A stretch of DNA of 64,000 bases from Pristiophorus japonicus. Its lineage: Eukaryota. Below are positions 28,701 to 40,666 of this stretch, piece by piece. Each line of letters begins with the position of its first letter. Positions within the stretch are counted from its first letter, which is position 1. The stretch spans positions 51,398,001-51,462,000 of the forward strand of contig NC_091989.1 of the NCBI RefSeq assembly GCF_044704955.1, read 5' to 3'. The notes beneath the pieces were generated by a model that saw only the letters and a program-made list of their open reading frames with translations, was not told the DNA's origin and ran no database searches. The translations under genes and the position numbers were made by a program.

Positions 28701-31700
28701 TTGATGTCTGCTGGCTTTGTACCAAAGAATAGTTGCTTGTGTAAGCGTCTATAAAAAGGAATGACAGTAGAAACACTGGACTCCAACACACTACCAAACA
28801 TGGTCAACCCTCTTATTAATATTCTCAACCAATCCCTTTAGGAGCATACAGTTGGGTAGTGTCATGGTTTTGGTACTGGATGAGCAACCTAGAGATCACA
28901 GCTTCAAATCTTCACCATGGCAAGTTGTAAATGCAACCATGAAAGCAACCAGGTCTTAAGGAAAGAGAAACTGCCTAACTGATTCCTGGAAGCACAGATC
29001 TTGTGCAGTCAGTTGCAAACTAAATGCAAAACTGGTATGATGCCCTAAACCCTGGCTGCCAGGCAGACCCATTTTTAGTGGGTCTTAAGATCACCAGGCT
29101 TAGTGTGTCACAGCATTTTACACAATGCTTTCAGTTGATTGCAGGAGTACCATATTTATGGGAATGGGCTGTACTAGCTATCTCCAGACTATTCCCAAAC
29201 TCGCTCTCCTTCTGAGACACAAATCATCTCTGCCATCTCATTATTGGACCGGAAATAGCACCTCACAGCCAGGAGATATTGCGAGAAATATATATTCGAG
29301 GGGATGGATGTATTTTACATTGAAATTATTTACTCTTTCCCGCTCCCTGAAGTAACAGTAACCTTCAAAGCTGAAATATGAATCTGGCCTTTTTGACTGG
29401 GAGTCCAATGTTACATTATTTAAATGATGTCAAAATCCAGTGATCACACATCAAGTTATAAAGCAAATACACATTTCTTCTCCCAGGAATAGAAATGCAT
29501 CTCCATCTTAAGTTAGTCTCAGGGTAACTGAAAAGTTCGCTTGTTTCCCCCCCCCCCCCCAATTGTAACTTTATTGACAACATTTTAAAGAACAAAATTA
29601 GAAACTGCAGACTGAATAGGCCATCAAACTTCATATTGGAATTATTTAAATACTGTTATGATAAATATTCTAAAACAGAACATGATTTTCTTTGTTGAAA
29701 CTGAAATTAGTGTAAATGAATAGGTGGCACAGCCACGAAGAAACCATGTGAGCTGTGTCCAACACGCAAATTAGCTGCATGTGCCGAGCTGCATCAATAT
29801 TGGCCATCCTACACCTTCTTAAATACAACGCAAACTGATGGTCAAGAACAAGTTTATACACCCACTATCCCAACTCAGAAATTTAGCAACTTTTCTTACC
29901 TTTGTGGAGGAAGATCAATGGATTTCATTTGAAAGTTGCTATTCATGACTATTTCATGAGCCAGAGTCATATTTGACAACCCTTTCGCAGTCTCCATCAG
30001 GTCATCAAAAGAAGCCATTTTAGGAGGGCTCGCTGATAAAAACAAAAATAGCTTTGAGGATTTACACACAGACAAATAGTCAGTGTAAACACGCACCTGT
30101 TCATAATCATCACTTCTGTAGGAATACACATCTTACTCCACTTGTTCAACATTGACATCTACAATTTAGCACCTACAATGGAAGCCAGGTGAGGAGGAAG
30201 GTGTAAGAATACATATGTAGCCAAAAGGCAAGCTTAGAGAGTGTTTTTTCTTGCATAAGTACTTGCTAACATTTTACTGCCATGTGGCAACATACCCAAG
30301 ATTACATTCACAAATCCACAGGTAGGCCTTCATTCTTCCCAAGACTCAGCAATGACCATTTATAAACTTATACCTAAATGTTTCTTACCTGTCTAATGAA
30401 ATAAACAAGAGGAATGAATAGCAGAGTGGGTTAAGAGCATCATCTTTTTACTTCTGGGACTGGAATCTGAATCCAGCCTATATTGAAGGGATCAAAGGTT
30501 CTTCTACTGGCTACAAGAGTCCCAAGTTAAATGAATGAGGAAATCTGAACTCAGCTCCTAACTGCCAGCCATCCAAGTCAGAATACTGCTTTTAATTACA
30601 CAAAATGATTACTCTTATTCAGAGAGCTAATAAGGCCACACACTGATATGAGAAACAAATGTCATATTAGCGTAGTATAGGATGCTCTTCTGAAGTTGAG
30701 GTCAAGGCATCTTGAGCTGAAATAGAAGGCACTTTATTTTGTATCTGGCTTGCACTTGGTGGAAGTCTTTCACTCTCCAGTACAGATATCCCTCATCTCG
30801 AGCAGGAGGAAATTGAATGAGCTACTAATGAATGATTGATTGTATTCAATCACATAAGGTTCAAATTCCAGCTACAGAAGGGGTGATGTATGTACCCCTA
30901 AGGAGCATGAGGGGATAGTATTTCAATCTCGAGAATGACAGACAGCAGAAATAGTCTCGACTTCTGATTCTCTTTCCTCACCCTATGTTTACTTCAGCCT
31001 CTGAGCAATTAATTTCTCTGTTGCATTTAACTTCATGCTTTTAATGACCCAGACAACATAGTCCAAAGAAACTATATTGAATGAAAAGCTTATCCTGAAA
31101 TTTTAAAAATCACCTCTGATTGCCAATTTGGCTTAAGAACAAGTCTGTTCACTGATGATATTCTTAAATTCACAGTACAAAAACACAGCAATTCTCTCCA
31201 TATCCAGAAGGAAGTTACAGCAGTAGCCCATGACATTTCTGGAGCCTCTAGTGCAGTGCAGCATTCTGGTCTTAAGAGAGAAACTGGTCTTTTCTTGTAG
31301 TGAGTTGCTAACTAGATGTAGGACATTCTCAGGAGGGGATAAACATTAGGTCACAACAAAACAAACCTCCATTTTATGTTACAACACCTACACAGGTGCA
31401 TTTTAGGTAAATAAACTTGGTTTACTATCCTAATCAATGATGTGGTGGATGTCATTAAACACATGCGTCTATAACAAGGACAGCTCTGCAAAAGGTGCTC
31501 TCACCTCCCCATCCAAGAGATAAGGGAGAATCAAATCACTTTAGACAAACAAAACAAATGGGTCATCTCCAGTGCCATGATACTAAGTCAATGACTTTCA
31601 GTCTGTAACATTGACCATCCTCTACTCATTGGACTGAGAATGCTGTTCAGTTACAAACAAACATGCAGCTTCTTGGTCCGACACTGGAATAAACATGTGA

Positions 31701-34536
31701 AAGGAAACAGACGGTATGAGACGTGAATTGGCTAGGATAGACTGGCAAATGATACTTAAAGGGGTGGATAGGCAATGGCAGACATTTAAGGATCACGTGG
31801 ATGAACTACAGCAATTGTACATCCCTGTGTGGCGTAAAAATAAAAAAGGGAAGGTGGCTCAACCGTGGCTAACAAGGGAAATTAGGGAAAGTGTTGAATC
31901 CAAAGAAGAGGCCAGAAAAAGCAGCAAACCTGAGGTCTGGGAGAAATTTAGAATTCAACAGGAGGACAACTAAGGGTTTAATTAGGAGGCGGAAAAGAGT
32001 GTATGAGAATAAGCTTGCCGGGAACATTAAAAACTGACTGCAAAAGCTTCTACAGATGTGTGAAGAGAAAGAGATTAGTGAAGACCAACATAGGTCCCTT
32101 GCAGTCAGAATCAGGTGAATTCATAATGGGGAAGAAAGAAATGTAGACCAATTGAACAAATACTTTGGTTCTGTCTTCACTAAGGACGACACGAATAACC
32201 TCCCGAAAATAAAAGGGGACCAAGGTTCTAATGAGAAGGGGGACCAGAGGGAAATCTTTATTAGTCATGAAATGGTGTTAGGGAAATTGAAGGGACTGAA
32301 GGCCGATGAATCCCCAGGGCCTGATAGTCTGCATCCCAGAGTACTTAAGGAAGTGGCCCTAGTAATAGTAAATGCATTGGTGGTCATTTTCCAACATTCC
32401 ATGGATTCTGGATTAGTTCCTATGGATTGGAGGGTAGCTAATGTAACCCCATTTTATAAAAAAAAAAGAGGGAGAGAAAACAGGGAATTATAGACCAGTT
32501 AGCCTGACATCGGTAGTAGGGAAAATGCTGGAATCAATTATTAAAGATGTAATAGCAACGCATTTGGAAAGCAGTGACAGGCTCAGTCCAAGTTAGCAAG
32601 GATTTATGAAAGGGAAATCATGCTTGACAAATCTTCTAGAGTTTTTTGAGGATGTAACTAGTAGAGTGGATAAGGGAGAACCAGTAGATGTGGTGTAGTT
32701 GGATTTTCAAAAGGCTTTTGACAAGGTCCCACTCAAGAGATTAGTGTGCAAAATTAAGGCACATGGTATTGGGGGTAATGTATTGACGTGAAGAGAAATG
32801 GTTGGCAGACAGGAAACAAAAGTGTGGGAATAAACGGGTCCTTTTCAGAATGGCAGGCAGTGACTAGTGGAGTGCCGCAGGGTTCAGTGCTGGGACCACA
32901 GCTATTTACAATAACATTAATGTTTTAGACGAAGGAATGGAATGTAATATCTACAAGTTTACAGATGACACTAAGCTGGCTGGCAGTGCGAGCTGCAAGG
33001 AGGATGCCAAGAGGTTGCAGGAGGACTTGGACAGACTAGGTGAATGGGCAAATGCATGGCAGATGCAGTATAATGTGGATAAATGTGAGGTTATCCACTT
33101 TGGGGGCAAAAACACGAAGGCAGAATATTATCTGAATGGCGGCGGATTAGGAAAAGGGGATGTGCAATGAGACCTGGGTGTCATAGTACATCTGTCATTG
33201 AAGGTAGGCATGCAGGTACAGCAGACAGTAAAGAAAGCAAATGGCATGCTGGCCTTCATAACGAGAGGATTTGAGTATAGGAGCAGGGAGGTCTTGCTGC
33301 AGTTGTACAGGGCCTTGGTGAGACCACACCTTGAATATTGTATGCGGTTTTGGTCTCCTAATCTGAGGAAGGTCGTGCTTGCTATTGAGGGAGTGCACCA
33401 GACTGATTCCTGGGATGGCAGGACTGACATATGAGGAAAGACTGGATCGACTAAGCTTATACTCACTGGAATTTAGAAGAATGAGGGGGGATCTCATTGA
33501 AACGTATAAAATTCTGACGGGACTGGACAAGTTAGATGCAGGAAGAATGTTCTTGATGTTGGGGAAGTCCAGAACCAGGGGTCACAGTCTAAGGATAAGG
33601 GGTAAGCCATATAGGATCGTCATGAGGAGAAACTTTTTCACCCAGAGAGTTGTGAACCTGTGGAATTCTCTGCCACAGAAAGTTGTTGAGTCCAGTTCGT
33701 TGGATATATGCAAAAGGGAGTTGGATGTTACCCTTACGGCTAAAGGGATCAGGGGGTTTGGAGAGAAGGCTGGGGTGGGGTACTGAGTTTGAATGAACAG
33801 CCATGATCATATTGAATGGCAGTGCAAGCTCGAAGGGCCGAATGGCCTGCTCCTGCACCTATTTTCTATGTTTCCATGAAATGGCAAAAAATGCAAACAC
33901 TCAAAAAAGTTCAACATTCGTCAATATTAGCAACGGCACCGTTCCTTCAACCCAGTCATGGAATATTTTCATTCCATTTGGCATAGTGGAGAAAAATAAA
34001 CTCAAATCTCTTGCTCCTGGATTCAATACGGTCCAAAGAAATAAAGGCCAATTGCCTTCATGCAAATGGCATAGTCCTGTCTAAATGCTAGAAGGTACGG
34101 ACATTCAATTTAACGAGATCCTTTCTCGTCCTTATGTAGACACTATCGATTTTATACATCGCGAACATTTTTTTTAAAAATCGTGGTACTACGACACCAC
34201 TCACTCAGTTATTACCTAAACCAAAACATTTTTAGGTGCTTCTTGAACAGCAAAATAAAGCAAGTCTGCATTCAACTCGAGATTATGTAGAAAATGATAT
34301 GATGGTTTCAGATACATTATTATTGATCACAGGCTACATTTTGTAACTTTAAAGAAAATGGAGCTCAAAGACCTACAGGCTGGAGAGCTGGGTTTGCTAG
34401 AAGAATCACTACTGAAGCTTTGTCGAGCATATTCATAATCACTGGAAGAGTTGACACTATCTGACCGTTCACAAGATTCAGTGTCACTGTTCAATGATTC
34501 ATCATTCAAGGAATGTTTCTCATTACTGAAAGGCAT
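13491..34536 (-). CDS. TCP11L2: T-complex protein 11-like 2, full spliced CDS (9 coding exons, 1560 nt, 519 aa)
   Basis: Exons 34536-34377, 30032-29900, 25331-25211, 24114-23894, 23675-23539, 22719-22529, 19974-19793, 15773-15601 and 13732-13491 splice in frame with GT-AG ends. N-terminus MPFSNEK...[21 protein letters not shown] and C-terminus [16 protein letters not shown] match the vertebrate TCP11L2 sequence as I recall it. Confidence 0.95.
14322..14887 (+). mobile_element. Young 5'-truncated CR1 nested in an older CR1 fragment (about 14296-15265)
   Basis: Intact ORF2 C-terminus (14376-14780); (TTTCTATG)3 tail. Confidence 0.92.
15601..15773 (-). CDS. TCP11L2: TCP11L2 coding exon 8 ([31 protein letters not shown]...TLI)
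   Basis: gtgaag|A ... A|gtaagt; 173 nt; phase-compatible with both neighbours. Confidence 0.92.
17990..18695 (+). mobile_element. CR1 3' fragment, followed by an older CR1 fragment to about 19350
   Basis: [14 protein letters not shown]; RTRGHS; 3' UTR hairpin and tail. Confidence 0.9.
18953..19190 (+). mobile_element. Solo LTR (Gypsy-type, 238 bp) inserted in a CR1
   Basis: TG...CA ends; 5-bp TSD GTAAC; TATAAAA and AATAAA; similar to the LTR at 40667-40913. Confidence 0.88.
19793..19974 (-). CDS. TCP11L2: TCP11L2 coding exon 7 ([18 protein letters not shown]...LLEGMHD)
   Basis: ttttag|ACT ... AA|gtgagt; 182 nt; completes the PETLMTD motif. Confidence 0.95.
22529..22719 (-). CDS. TCP11L2: TCP11L2 coding exon 6 ([12 protein letters not shown]...[16 protein letters not shown])
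   Basis: ttatag|AT ... GAG|gtaaat; 191 nt. Confidence 0.95.
23539..23675 (-). CDS. TCP11L2: TCP11L2 coding exon 5 ([24 protein letters not shown]...YERSKF)
   Basis: cattag|A ... A|gtaggt; 137 nt. Confidence 0.95.
23894..24114 (-). CDS. TCP11L2: TCP11L2 coding exon 4 ([32 protein letters not shown]...CAPVRDEDV...)
   Basis: atttag|ATA ... AG|gtaaat; 221 nt; CAPVRD motif; absent from the ORF track, translated by hand. Confidence 0.95.
24620..24935 (+). mobile_element. Penelope-like element terminal fragment
   Basis: Homologous to 47618-48057, which retains the endonuclease C-terminus; contains a hammerhead motif. Confidence 0.8.
24801..24837 (+). ncRNA. Minimal type I hammerhead ribozyme motif
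   Basis: AGTT-CTGATGA-A-AGGTC(atc)GACCT-GAAA-CG-TT-AACT: conserved core, helix I AGTT/AACT, helix II AGGTC/GACCT, palindromic ACGT in place of helix III. Confidence 0.75.
25211..25331 (-). CDS. TCP11L2: TCP11L2 coding exon 3 ([17 protein letters not shown]...GEIKE)
   Basis: tatacag|T ... GAG|gtgaat; 121 nt; Tcp11-family KAFWD motif. Confidence 0.95.
25505..26361. mobile_element. Probable decayed PIF/Harbinger-like MITE
   Basis: Imperfect terminal inverted ends ggccgagaaatt ... aattttgggccc; shares the gcgcatgt motif with the 43994-45536 element. Confidence 0.45.
26775..27215 (+). mobile_element. Old SINE fragment plus L2 3' end; related pieces at 36870-37030 (-), 28115-28260 (-) and 53020-53120 (-)
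   Basis: L2-type tail gtgaagtgccttgggatg...ggcgcgatataaacacaagttgtt. Confidence 0.5.
27745..27970. mobile_element. Two Penelope-like termini in inverted arrangement, with degenerate hammerhead motifs
   Basis: 27760-27850 is the approximate reverse complement of 27860-27945; both match 24810-24900. Confidence 0.75.
29900..30032 (-). CDS. TCP11L2: TCP11L2 coding exon 2 ([30 protein letters not shown]...)
   Basis: tttatcag|CG ... AG|gtaaga; 133 nt; conserved LAHEI motif. Confidence 0.95.
30415..30770 (+). mobile_element. Ancient tRNA-derived SINE resembling LF-SINE
   Basis: B-box-like gaatctgaatccagcc followed by blocks resembling the LF-SINE consensus; comparison is from memory, not an alignment. 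Confidence 0.5.
31712..33878 (+). mobile_element. CR1 LINE ORF2 (frameshifted, 5'-truncated) in a TCP11L2 intron
   Basis: [14 protein letters not shown]; KFTDDTKL; LVRPHLEYC; tail tttctatgtttccatg. Confidence 0.93.
34377..34536 (-). CDS. TCP11L2: TCP11L2 coding exon 1 (MPFSNEKH...SSKPSSPA)
   Basis: Acceptor tttttacag|TGAAG-ATG; donor T|gtaggt; 160 nt, ends phase 1. Confidence 0.93.
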
Positions 34537-37500
34537 CTTCACTGTAAAAACAAAATGTGCTAACATAGAAATCCATTATTGCAAAATGGTCACATGCTTT
34601 CGGAAATCATCTTTAAAAACATTTAATTGGGATTCCATAAAATAACTTGAAACAAATTATATGAAATAATAGACCAACCAACCAGAGAGTAGAATGAACA
34701 AAAATGCCAAGAGTTACTTGCCTCAGCCAAAAATAAGCAATCTCCAGATGCACTCGAAATGTAAACAAATGAATGCCTGATTAAAACAGAGCCAGCATAC
34801 AAGCAAGGAAAAGTGTGGGGAATAGTAGAATGATCACATGCCTCTAAATCAAAGAGGGGCAAGTACAAGAAAATATAAAACTATACCTTCCTTGACAAAA
34901 CCAACTGATCTCCCAAGGTAGTGCTCATGTTCAAAAGTAGAGAAAACACACAGCATCTCTTACTGCAACTGTCTCACTATCACGCTCTGTTAATCATCAC
35001 TTTTAGCAGTTCGTTTTCTCCTTCCTGCCTTCCTTCCTTCCTTTCCCACTCCTTCCCCTTCTCCCTCCATGTGACTCTCACTTTCTCTCGTCCTTTAAGA
35101 GTAGCAGCTCTGGTTAATTTTAATGCCCAGAATCTAAAATTAATAAAAAGAAATAAAAACCTAAACTGTAACAATGAGGGTGCAACACCGAAAGTGCAGC
35201 TACTCTCACTCCTGCTGTTTGTCAGTTTCAGCCTTTCCCCTTTTATTATTTGCAGTTTCTAATATATATTAAATCGGAATTTTCTTTTGTAGGTTAGTTT
35301 CTCAGATGCATGGATTATCCAGGGCAGAATAGTGAACTCTGCCATCAGTGTGATCCAAATATCATTGCTTTTTTTCAGAATGGGTCTGTGGCAGATGGCG
35401 TTTTGTCTCAGCTTGGACGATTAGAGGTACACTTTGGCCAAGAGCAGTTGGAACCAGAGAGCAGCACAAGGCAGCAGGCAGCGGAGGAGGGAGCAACTAG
35501 TGTCAAAACTGAAGAGAGATCCATGACAGGAGAGCACAGGGTGAACGAGGGCAGGGGAAGGGTGAACGAGGGTAGGGGAAGGGTGGGGTGATGAAAGGAT
35601 GGATTCATTAGCATGCATGTGCATTATTCATTAGGACTTTGGGCCAGGCCCAGGAACACGCAGGTGCTGTGTCTGAAGGTTGCTTGATTTTGTATTGGGG
35701 TGGATTGGGGACGGGGACGAGTCTGTATACAAGAAAAAAAAAAGAGATGCAAGAGCTATTGGAAGGAGGGATGGGAAAGTTTATGATTGCGTTTAAGATT
35801 TTTAAGCCAATTATTAAATTAGTTATGTTTATTCTGTTGTAAAGTTTTAATGCAAGTGGTCCTAACCAGAGATTAAATTACACAGATGGTTTGGATTAGC
35901 TCCTGATGATGTGGTCTTGGGTCTGATAGGTTGAATGGTCAAATGAAGAGAAGGGGTTTCTGGGATCTGATTGGTTTTGCAGCCACAATGAGAACTTCAA
36001 CCAATCTGATTGGTGAAACAGATTCAAAAATTACATTTATTATAGATTAATGTATATGAACCCAGTTTGAATTCACCCCTCCCCAAAATTATTTTATTTT
36101 CAAAAGAAAATATTTAGAGTTTTCTTTGTGAGTTGTGACTGCTCACTAATAGATGGGACACCTGATGCAGAAATAAAAACCCTTATTGCTGATGGTCTGT
36201 TTATTTCTTTTCCCTCCAAAATAAAAATATTGCTTACCTTTCAAGTGTAGTAGCTCTACAAAAGGATTGTAAGTAACTCAAGTGTCCAATTTGAAGTGCA
36301 CCTTAAAAATAAACAAATTGATCAAACCTGAAAGCTTTTAAATTAAAAAAAAGTCAAAATAAAGAGAATTTACTTTCATGCTACATTTGACCACACAATA
36401 CAGCATACAACGGCAGAAGTAATGAGTTACCACTCGATAAGTTCCAATAAGTTAAAAATTGTGGATAGGATTTGAAAGTCTCTTGAAAACACGAAGGCAA
36501 GTGAAGTAGCTAGGAGGATCTTAAATGTACCATATTTGTGTACAGCTTAATTCATAATTGGATATAGTTACCAGTTAGATTATATAAAAACAATTTAACT
36601 AACACCATATGCTGCCTCAATTCAGACTGCCTCTACAAAAACAATTTTGTAGAATCGGATTTCTAATGCGAGGTCTGTACATTTCCTGTTGTCAACATTA
36701 CATTTTTCCTGAATTTCGTCTACTGTGGTAAAGTTCCACAAGCATCAGTCATGCGTGAATCTTGACAGTAAATGTTGGCACGCTATTGACCACAAAAGCA
36801 TTTAAAAAAAACCAGATTGTATCCTCAATTCAACCAAAGAGGCATCATAGCGATGTCCGATTGTGTCCTCAACTGAGGATCTGGGGTCACTAAACAGCAA
36901 TCAGAAATAGGACCCTGCCAATTTTTCCTCTGCCTAACCCCTGGGTGTTGAGTCCTATTGGACCATCCTTACTGCTGCCTCAGTAAGCTCAATTATCAGA
37001 GCAGAGATCAGGAATCAAATTTGATATCCTTCTAGTTTTATGGGACAACCACTGACTTTCTCCCTCCCTTTTAAGAAGTGACTGTGAGACAGGCAACCTC
37101 CTGCCTCAGTCAAGTAGTTGCTACAGTTTAGAGTAATAGACTTCATATGCAGGTCATGAAGAAAAATCAACCTCATTTAAAAAGGGATTGAATGTTTACT
37201 ATTCTAATCCTGGGAGTATCAGGCTAGTGGCCTGATGTTTCTGAGCATGCTTAAACTACAATAAATCAAACTTGCCCATTAATACCCCAACACAATTTCT
37301 CAAGAGTGTCTTTCTACGTGCATCTTTTCACTAGACATCTCATCTCTATTCATTTTAATTGCAGAATTAGGTCATTGAAGAGGTTGTTTATTACTCACTC
37401 TTGTTGATTTAATAGTACAGAATCCATGTTGTAGAAACTGGCCAGTCAAATTAAACATCTTGCATTTGAACGCATTCCCACTCAACGCTTTCCATTATGA

Positions 37501-38199
37501 ATTCCAATGTTTACATGTTTAACTGCCTATAAAAACATCATTTGTAACGACATCTCACGCCCCCCCCCCCCCAGGGAAAATGCTAACGGTGCCACCATTG
37601 GCGGGAGTGTGCAATTACAAGACAAGACAAGTTTACATAATAAATATGGTCATAAATATAAAAATAAAGACATAAACTATGACGTTAAAATGGGGACTGA
37701 CTAGTATTTGAACACCCTCGTCCGATTTATCCCCCACCCGCTACGTATGCTTAACCTGAAAACTACACTTGGTGTTGACTCACAGTGCAACGCTACAGGA
37801 AACATGCCCATTTTATTTTACTGAAATCCGAGTAACAACACTAATATGATCACTCCCCTGAGTTTTAAAGTAGTCAAAGTAACTGTGTACGGTTTTAATG
37901 AGGGATATACATTTAGCAGCGAGTTACACAGCTGTTCTTTCTGCCTCAATATATGTTTGTTTTGACCAAGTCATGCATGACCTTTATGGTCGATACTCAA
38001 AAATAGAAGTTCAGATAGCTGCAGTTTACTGGTGTACACGCAAACTGCTACAAAGGCTGTTCCAGATCGGAGGCAGTCCGGAATTGCAGTGGCAAATCCC
38101 GAGTAGCCGGAGGAGTAAAGTGAAATGAGAAAGGCCAGGAAAGGAATGAGTGATTCCCCTGCAACCTGGCGCTAAGGAAGTTGCTCCTGCACTCGGTAC

Positions 38200-39030
38200 A
38201 ACAACACGGACATACATGGGTCGCTGTGGAGAGTTGATGCACCGTTGCAAAGCTCCTCTTCCCACGTCACGCAGACACCCATGTGATCAGATCCATCACA
38301 ACAAGCCGGAAAAAAAACATCAGCTCCTCTGAACAGTCCAGGAAAGACACATCGGCCACTGGACCGAGACTACCCGCCGTACACAGGGGAGTAAAGTGGG
38401 GCTCCCTCTTCAGACAGAAATCACTTTGCGAGCGCCTTACCCAAATAAACTCCTTGTTTACGAGGAAGCTAAAAACAAAAAAGTGCAGTCGATGCATAAA
38501 CAGTACGCTGTCAAAAGTAGGGCAGCGGGACTGACAGGACGGCGCTGAGCCCGGAGTGCCGGCTGCCGCAGGTGAAGAGTGCGGTGCGAGGCTTTAGGCG
38601 CTGGTGCAGGGCGCAGGGTAAGTGCCAGCTGTCACTCACATTTAAAGGGCTCCAGCAGCAGCTGGGGCAGCGGCGCGCGCCGTCACTTTATGTATCGCCC
38701 GGGAGCCGGCGAGTCCACCTCGGCCGGCGGGGGCGCCCGCCGTCACCATCCCCATACGTTCAGCGTTACCTGCCGGCTAGAAGCTTCAGCAGCAGCCGCC
38801 CTTTGCTTTTTTATGGAGCTTGCCGTCTCGTCAGCCGATGTTTCGTCGGCATAAGCGCCGAATTCTATGGTCAGCTAACTGCTGCCCCCCCCACTCTGGT
38901 GGTGCCAGGGCTGATGAGCTCGGCCTGTTTGTTTACGGATGTGACGTAACGTGAAGACGCTACATTGTTGTTACAATGAAAGGGCGTCACGTGCCGCGAG
39001 CTGGCGGCGCTGGCTCCATAGTAACCAGCA
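38200..39030 (-). promoter_or_regulatory. TCP11L2: CpG island: TCP11L2 promoter and probable non-coding first exon (donor GCAG|gtaacg at 38770; alternative donor GG|gtaagg at 38441)
   Basis: CpG-dense, repeat-free tract 4 kb upstream of the ATG exon. The ATG exon has an acceptor, so an upstream exon is required. TSS position is not determinable from sequence. Confidence 0.7.
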
Positions 39031-39769
39031 CACTGTGCAAGCTGTTGGGCCACTTTTTAAAACAGAATGCCTTAGCAACCAGTGGGCAGGAAAGGTAGCA
39101 GCGTCTGGTGCCTCAAGAGTTTATGCTGCAGTTCACAGTTCACCCCTCTCCAACGCTTCTAAATAAACGAGCATACATGCTTCCTGGTGTAACAAACTTT
39201 TATCATCTCGATCTTTCACTGAACAAAGCGCTGGCACTCCCATAGTGGTTACACAGAACAATTATTCATTCAAAGTTCACACTTGCAAGTTCCTAACCAA
39301 TGCACGCTGAATTCTAACAAATATGCATACTCATCGAGGGAACTGTACAATTTGTACCCATCTATTCGGGAAGGAAACGTTCTGGTTGTTATCGCTGCCC
39401 CATGAACTTCCAGCTGACGCTCATTAAATTCTGACATTCATTCAAACTTTTTGGGAGAGTTTTCCAGGCACTCCACCCGTTGATGGCACTGGGATATGAA
39501 AGCCACACAATAACTGTACTGTACTACTAAAAATAGAAGCTGACACACTTCTCTCAATAGAGGTCTTGTATTATTTTTATCTTCACGTCCCTCGCAGCTG
39601 GAGCAAAGTCACAATCTCTCTGATGGTGCTAAGCTGATAGCAATGTGGAAGGTTCTCCTAAAAGCAGCTTTGTTTCAGGGCCCTTGTAGTAGTGACAACT
39701 TATTTACAGCTATGTATATGTCTTACCATTAGTGGTTCCCCTGTCACATTTTTGTAGATCTATGTTTTT

Positions 39770-40565
39770 TAAAAATTAGTTCCGGGATATGGGCGTTGCT
39801 GGCAAGATCACCATTTATAGCCCATCCCTAATTGCCCTCGAGAAGGTGGCGGTGAACTGCCTTCTTAAACCATTGCAATTCTTGTGGTGAAGGTACTCCC
39901 AAAGTACTGTTAAGGAGCAAGTTCCAGGATTTTGACCAAGCAATGATGAAGGAATGGAGATATATTTCCAAGTCAGGATGGAGAGGAACTTGCAGGTGAT
40001 GGTGCTCCCATATGCCTGCTGCTCTTGTTCTTCCTGGTGGTAGGTGTCGCAGGTTTGGGAGGTGCTGTCGAAGAAGCCTTAGCGAGTTGCTGCAGTGCAT
40101 CTTATAGATGGCACTCACTGCAGCCACGATCCGCAGATGGTGGAGGGAGTGAATGTTTAAGGTGGTGAACGGGTGCCAATCAAGTAGGCTCTGTCCTGGA
40201 TGGTGTCGAGCTTCTTGAGTGTTGTTGGAGCTGCACTCATCCAGGCAAATGGAGAGTATTCCATCACACTCCTAACTTGTGCCTTGTAGATGGTGGAAAG
40301 GCTTTTCGGAGTCAGGAGGTGAGACACTCGCCACAGAATACCCAGCCTCTGACCCGCTCTTGTTGCCACAGTATTTATGTGGCTGGTCCAGTGAAGTTTC
40401 TGGTCAATGGTGACCCCCAGGATGTTGATGCTGGGGGATTCGATGATGGTAATGCCATTGAATATCATGGGGAGGTGGTTAGCTTGTTCGAGATGGTCAT
40501 TGCCTGGCACTTATATGGCGTGAATGTAACTTGCCACTTATGTCATTCAGGTCTTGCTGCATGCG
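39770..40565 (-). mobile_element. CR1/L2-group LINE 3' fragment of a distinct family
   Basis: ILGVTIDQKLHWTSHI...IYKAQVRSVMEYSPFAW. Confidence 0.8.
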
Positions 40566-40666
40566 GGCATGGACTGCTTCATTTTCTGTTGTGCTGTAGG
40601 ATAGGGGTACTGACTTCAGCGATATTAACAGGAGAGCATGTACATCACTTTCCAGAGAGTCAGAGG

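Noticed and set aside
38821-38851. Minus strand shows both hammerhead core strings (GAAAC..UC and CUGACGA) closed by a stem, like a type II hammerhead
   Set aside because: Only GG separates the cleavage triplet from the core, so helix I cannot form; probably coincidental
38026-39166. Several 60-125-aa ORFs in the CpG island
   Set aside because: Expected from stop-codon depletion in GC-rich DNA; no domain similarity
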